Shown here: piece by piece, positions 63,047-64,000 of the stretch
Layout: each line of letters begins with the position of its first letter
Position numbering within the stretch: position 1 is the first letter of the stretch
Made by a program: the position numbers and the translations under genes
Notes under the pieces: generated by a model
Database searches by the model: none
Seen by the model: the letters and a program-made list of their open reading frames with translations, nothing else
Told to the model about the DNA's origin: nothing
Assembly: GCA_036172245.1 (NCBI GenBank)
Contig: JAYWIR010000031.1
Span: forward strand, 1,488,001 to 1,552,000
DNA from: Raillietiella orientalis
Lineage: Eukaryota
Direction of reading: 5' to 3'
DNA length: 64,000 nucleotides

Positions 63047-63564
63047 TGTTTCTTTTTCTCCTCTCCTCTTTCTCTTTTGCAACAGCTCCAACACGCCTAT
63101 CACATCCTGCACCACCCAATCCATTGAAACGCACATCTCAGTGGAATCATCAGAGACGCGCCCATCCTAATTCCGCAATTACCCGTCTCACTTTGTTTTG
63201 TTGTTTATAGCGAGTCGATCCAAGAGTGCACACGCTGATCGCGAGACAGCCAATCAAACCCAGCTTCCTGTCTGTACTAATGCTGAGATCAGTAAGTGCT
63301 CCAGCCGTCCACGTTCCGTAACAAAAGCTTGCGTTCCACTAACCGTTTCCATCACTGATGGTTTACAGTCACTCGGGATTGTCAGATGACTGCTAGGATA
63401 GTGAAAGGGAACCGTCTAATTCGGGGACTTTGGTTGCAGAGTACAAGATCAGATCGACGGAAGCAGTCGATGGAGAAGACCGCAGGATCGTGCACCTGTC
63501 ACCCAAAAAGTATGAAGGGATCGGCCCGCAGACGAAGGAAGGCATTCCCGTAGGACTGCGATCA
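61680..63564 (+). CDS. SORBS1: CAP / SORBS-family (sorbin and SH3 domain) gene, 5' part; exons 61680-61734, 61847-61897, 62213-62379, 62511-62658, 62706-62825, 63211-63291, 63440-63564; continues beyond the window
   Basis: All six introns are GT-AG with matching phases and the joined frame has no stop; branch point CTAAC at 62674. The last exon encodes YEGIGPQTKEGIPVGLRS, the start of the sorbin-homology (SoHo) domain. LPKFENPYVTLL resembles a motif I recall from arthropod CAP. The start ATG (61680) is tentative and the symbol is family-level (CAP/SORBS1/2). Confidence 0.8.
62978..63043. repeat. (GT)33 microsatellite in a CAP intron
   Basis: Direct reading. Confidence 0.97.
63440..63564 (+). 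CDS. SORBS1: CAP/SORBS exon carrying the N-terminal half of the SoHo domain
   Basis: ttgcag|AG TAC...CGA TCA|gtaagt; KYKIRSTEAVDGEDRRIVHLSPKKYEGIGPQTKEGIPVGLRS. Confidence 0.9.
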
Positions 63565-64000
63565 GTAAGTTCAGCTCTCGTGTGCTTGTTGGACTTGACG
63601 GCAATCACGGGGGTAGGGACCGGGGGCCCGTTCTACCGACTCCTCGCAACTCTTGTCTTCTTCCCGATTGTCCCCCTCCTCAGATGCAGAGCCGGAATGC
63701 TCATTCGTTGCTTGTCTCGAAACCAGTTGGACCTCTGGAGAGAAACTCTTTCCGGGGCACCCTGTGCTCTTTCTTTTTCCCGTTTACCCAGGACGGACGC
63801 GTTCTTTCCTCCGTAAGTATCAATCAAGGGCCTTTCCCCATATAGCGAGTTCTTGTCCCTTGTCCTGTATCCGTGGCGGTACAGGTAAAATGTCAACGGA
63901 TGGCGGTTCTGACCACGGTTTTGACCACGGTTGTGACCTCCTGATCCGGCAGTTGAATTTCCGATGCTTTGCGGACTTTGGATCATGTCTTTGCGCGTGG

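Noticed and set aside
63909..63938. tgaccacggtt tandem duplication (also short duplications at ~35461, ~46215 and AATCT runs at ~47600)
   Set aside because: Ordinary slippage-type micro-duplications.

Overview
Animal nuclear DNA with no prokaryote-like gene content, and no rRNA, intact tRNA or CRISPR array. Most long ORFs in the track are artefacts of GC-rich, low-complexity DNA. The window is mainly nested, decayed transposable elements. (1) At least seven fragments resemble a NeSL/Utopia-type non-LTR retrotransposon with a restriction-like endonuclease (RLE); the best-preserved is at 1-967, and no U2 snRNA target is visible. (2) Five insertions of an L1/Tx1-like family at 9.4-17.9 kb share an AATAAA + CCCGG/CCGGG hairpin terminus without a poly(A) tail; three have exact 11-13 bp target-site duplications (TSDs). 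(3) A Charlie/Buster-type hAT transposase relic lies at about 40.5-41.4 kb, with other very decayed LINE RT/APE traces elsewhere. The one recognisable host gene is a CAP/SORBS (sorbin-homology) gene: seven phase-compatible exons at 61.7-63.6 kb, continuing past the window end. Also present are a near-perfect 56-bp palindrome, a ~160-bp nested foldback, a two-copy repeat split by an L1 insertion, microsatellites, orphan exon pairs and abrupt GC-content compartments. All assignments are by-eye motif recognition; no searches were run. I found no intact novel multi-gene system.
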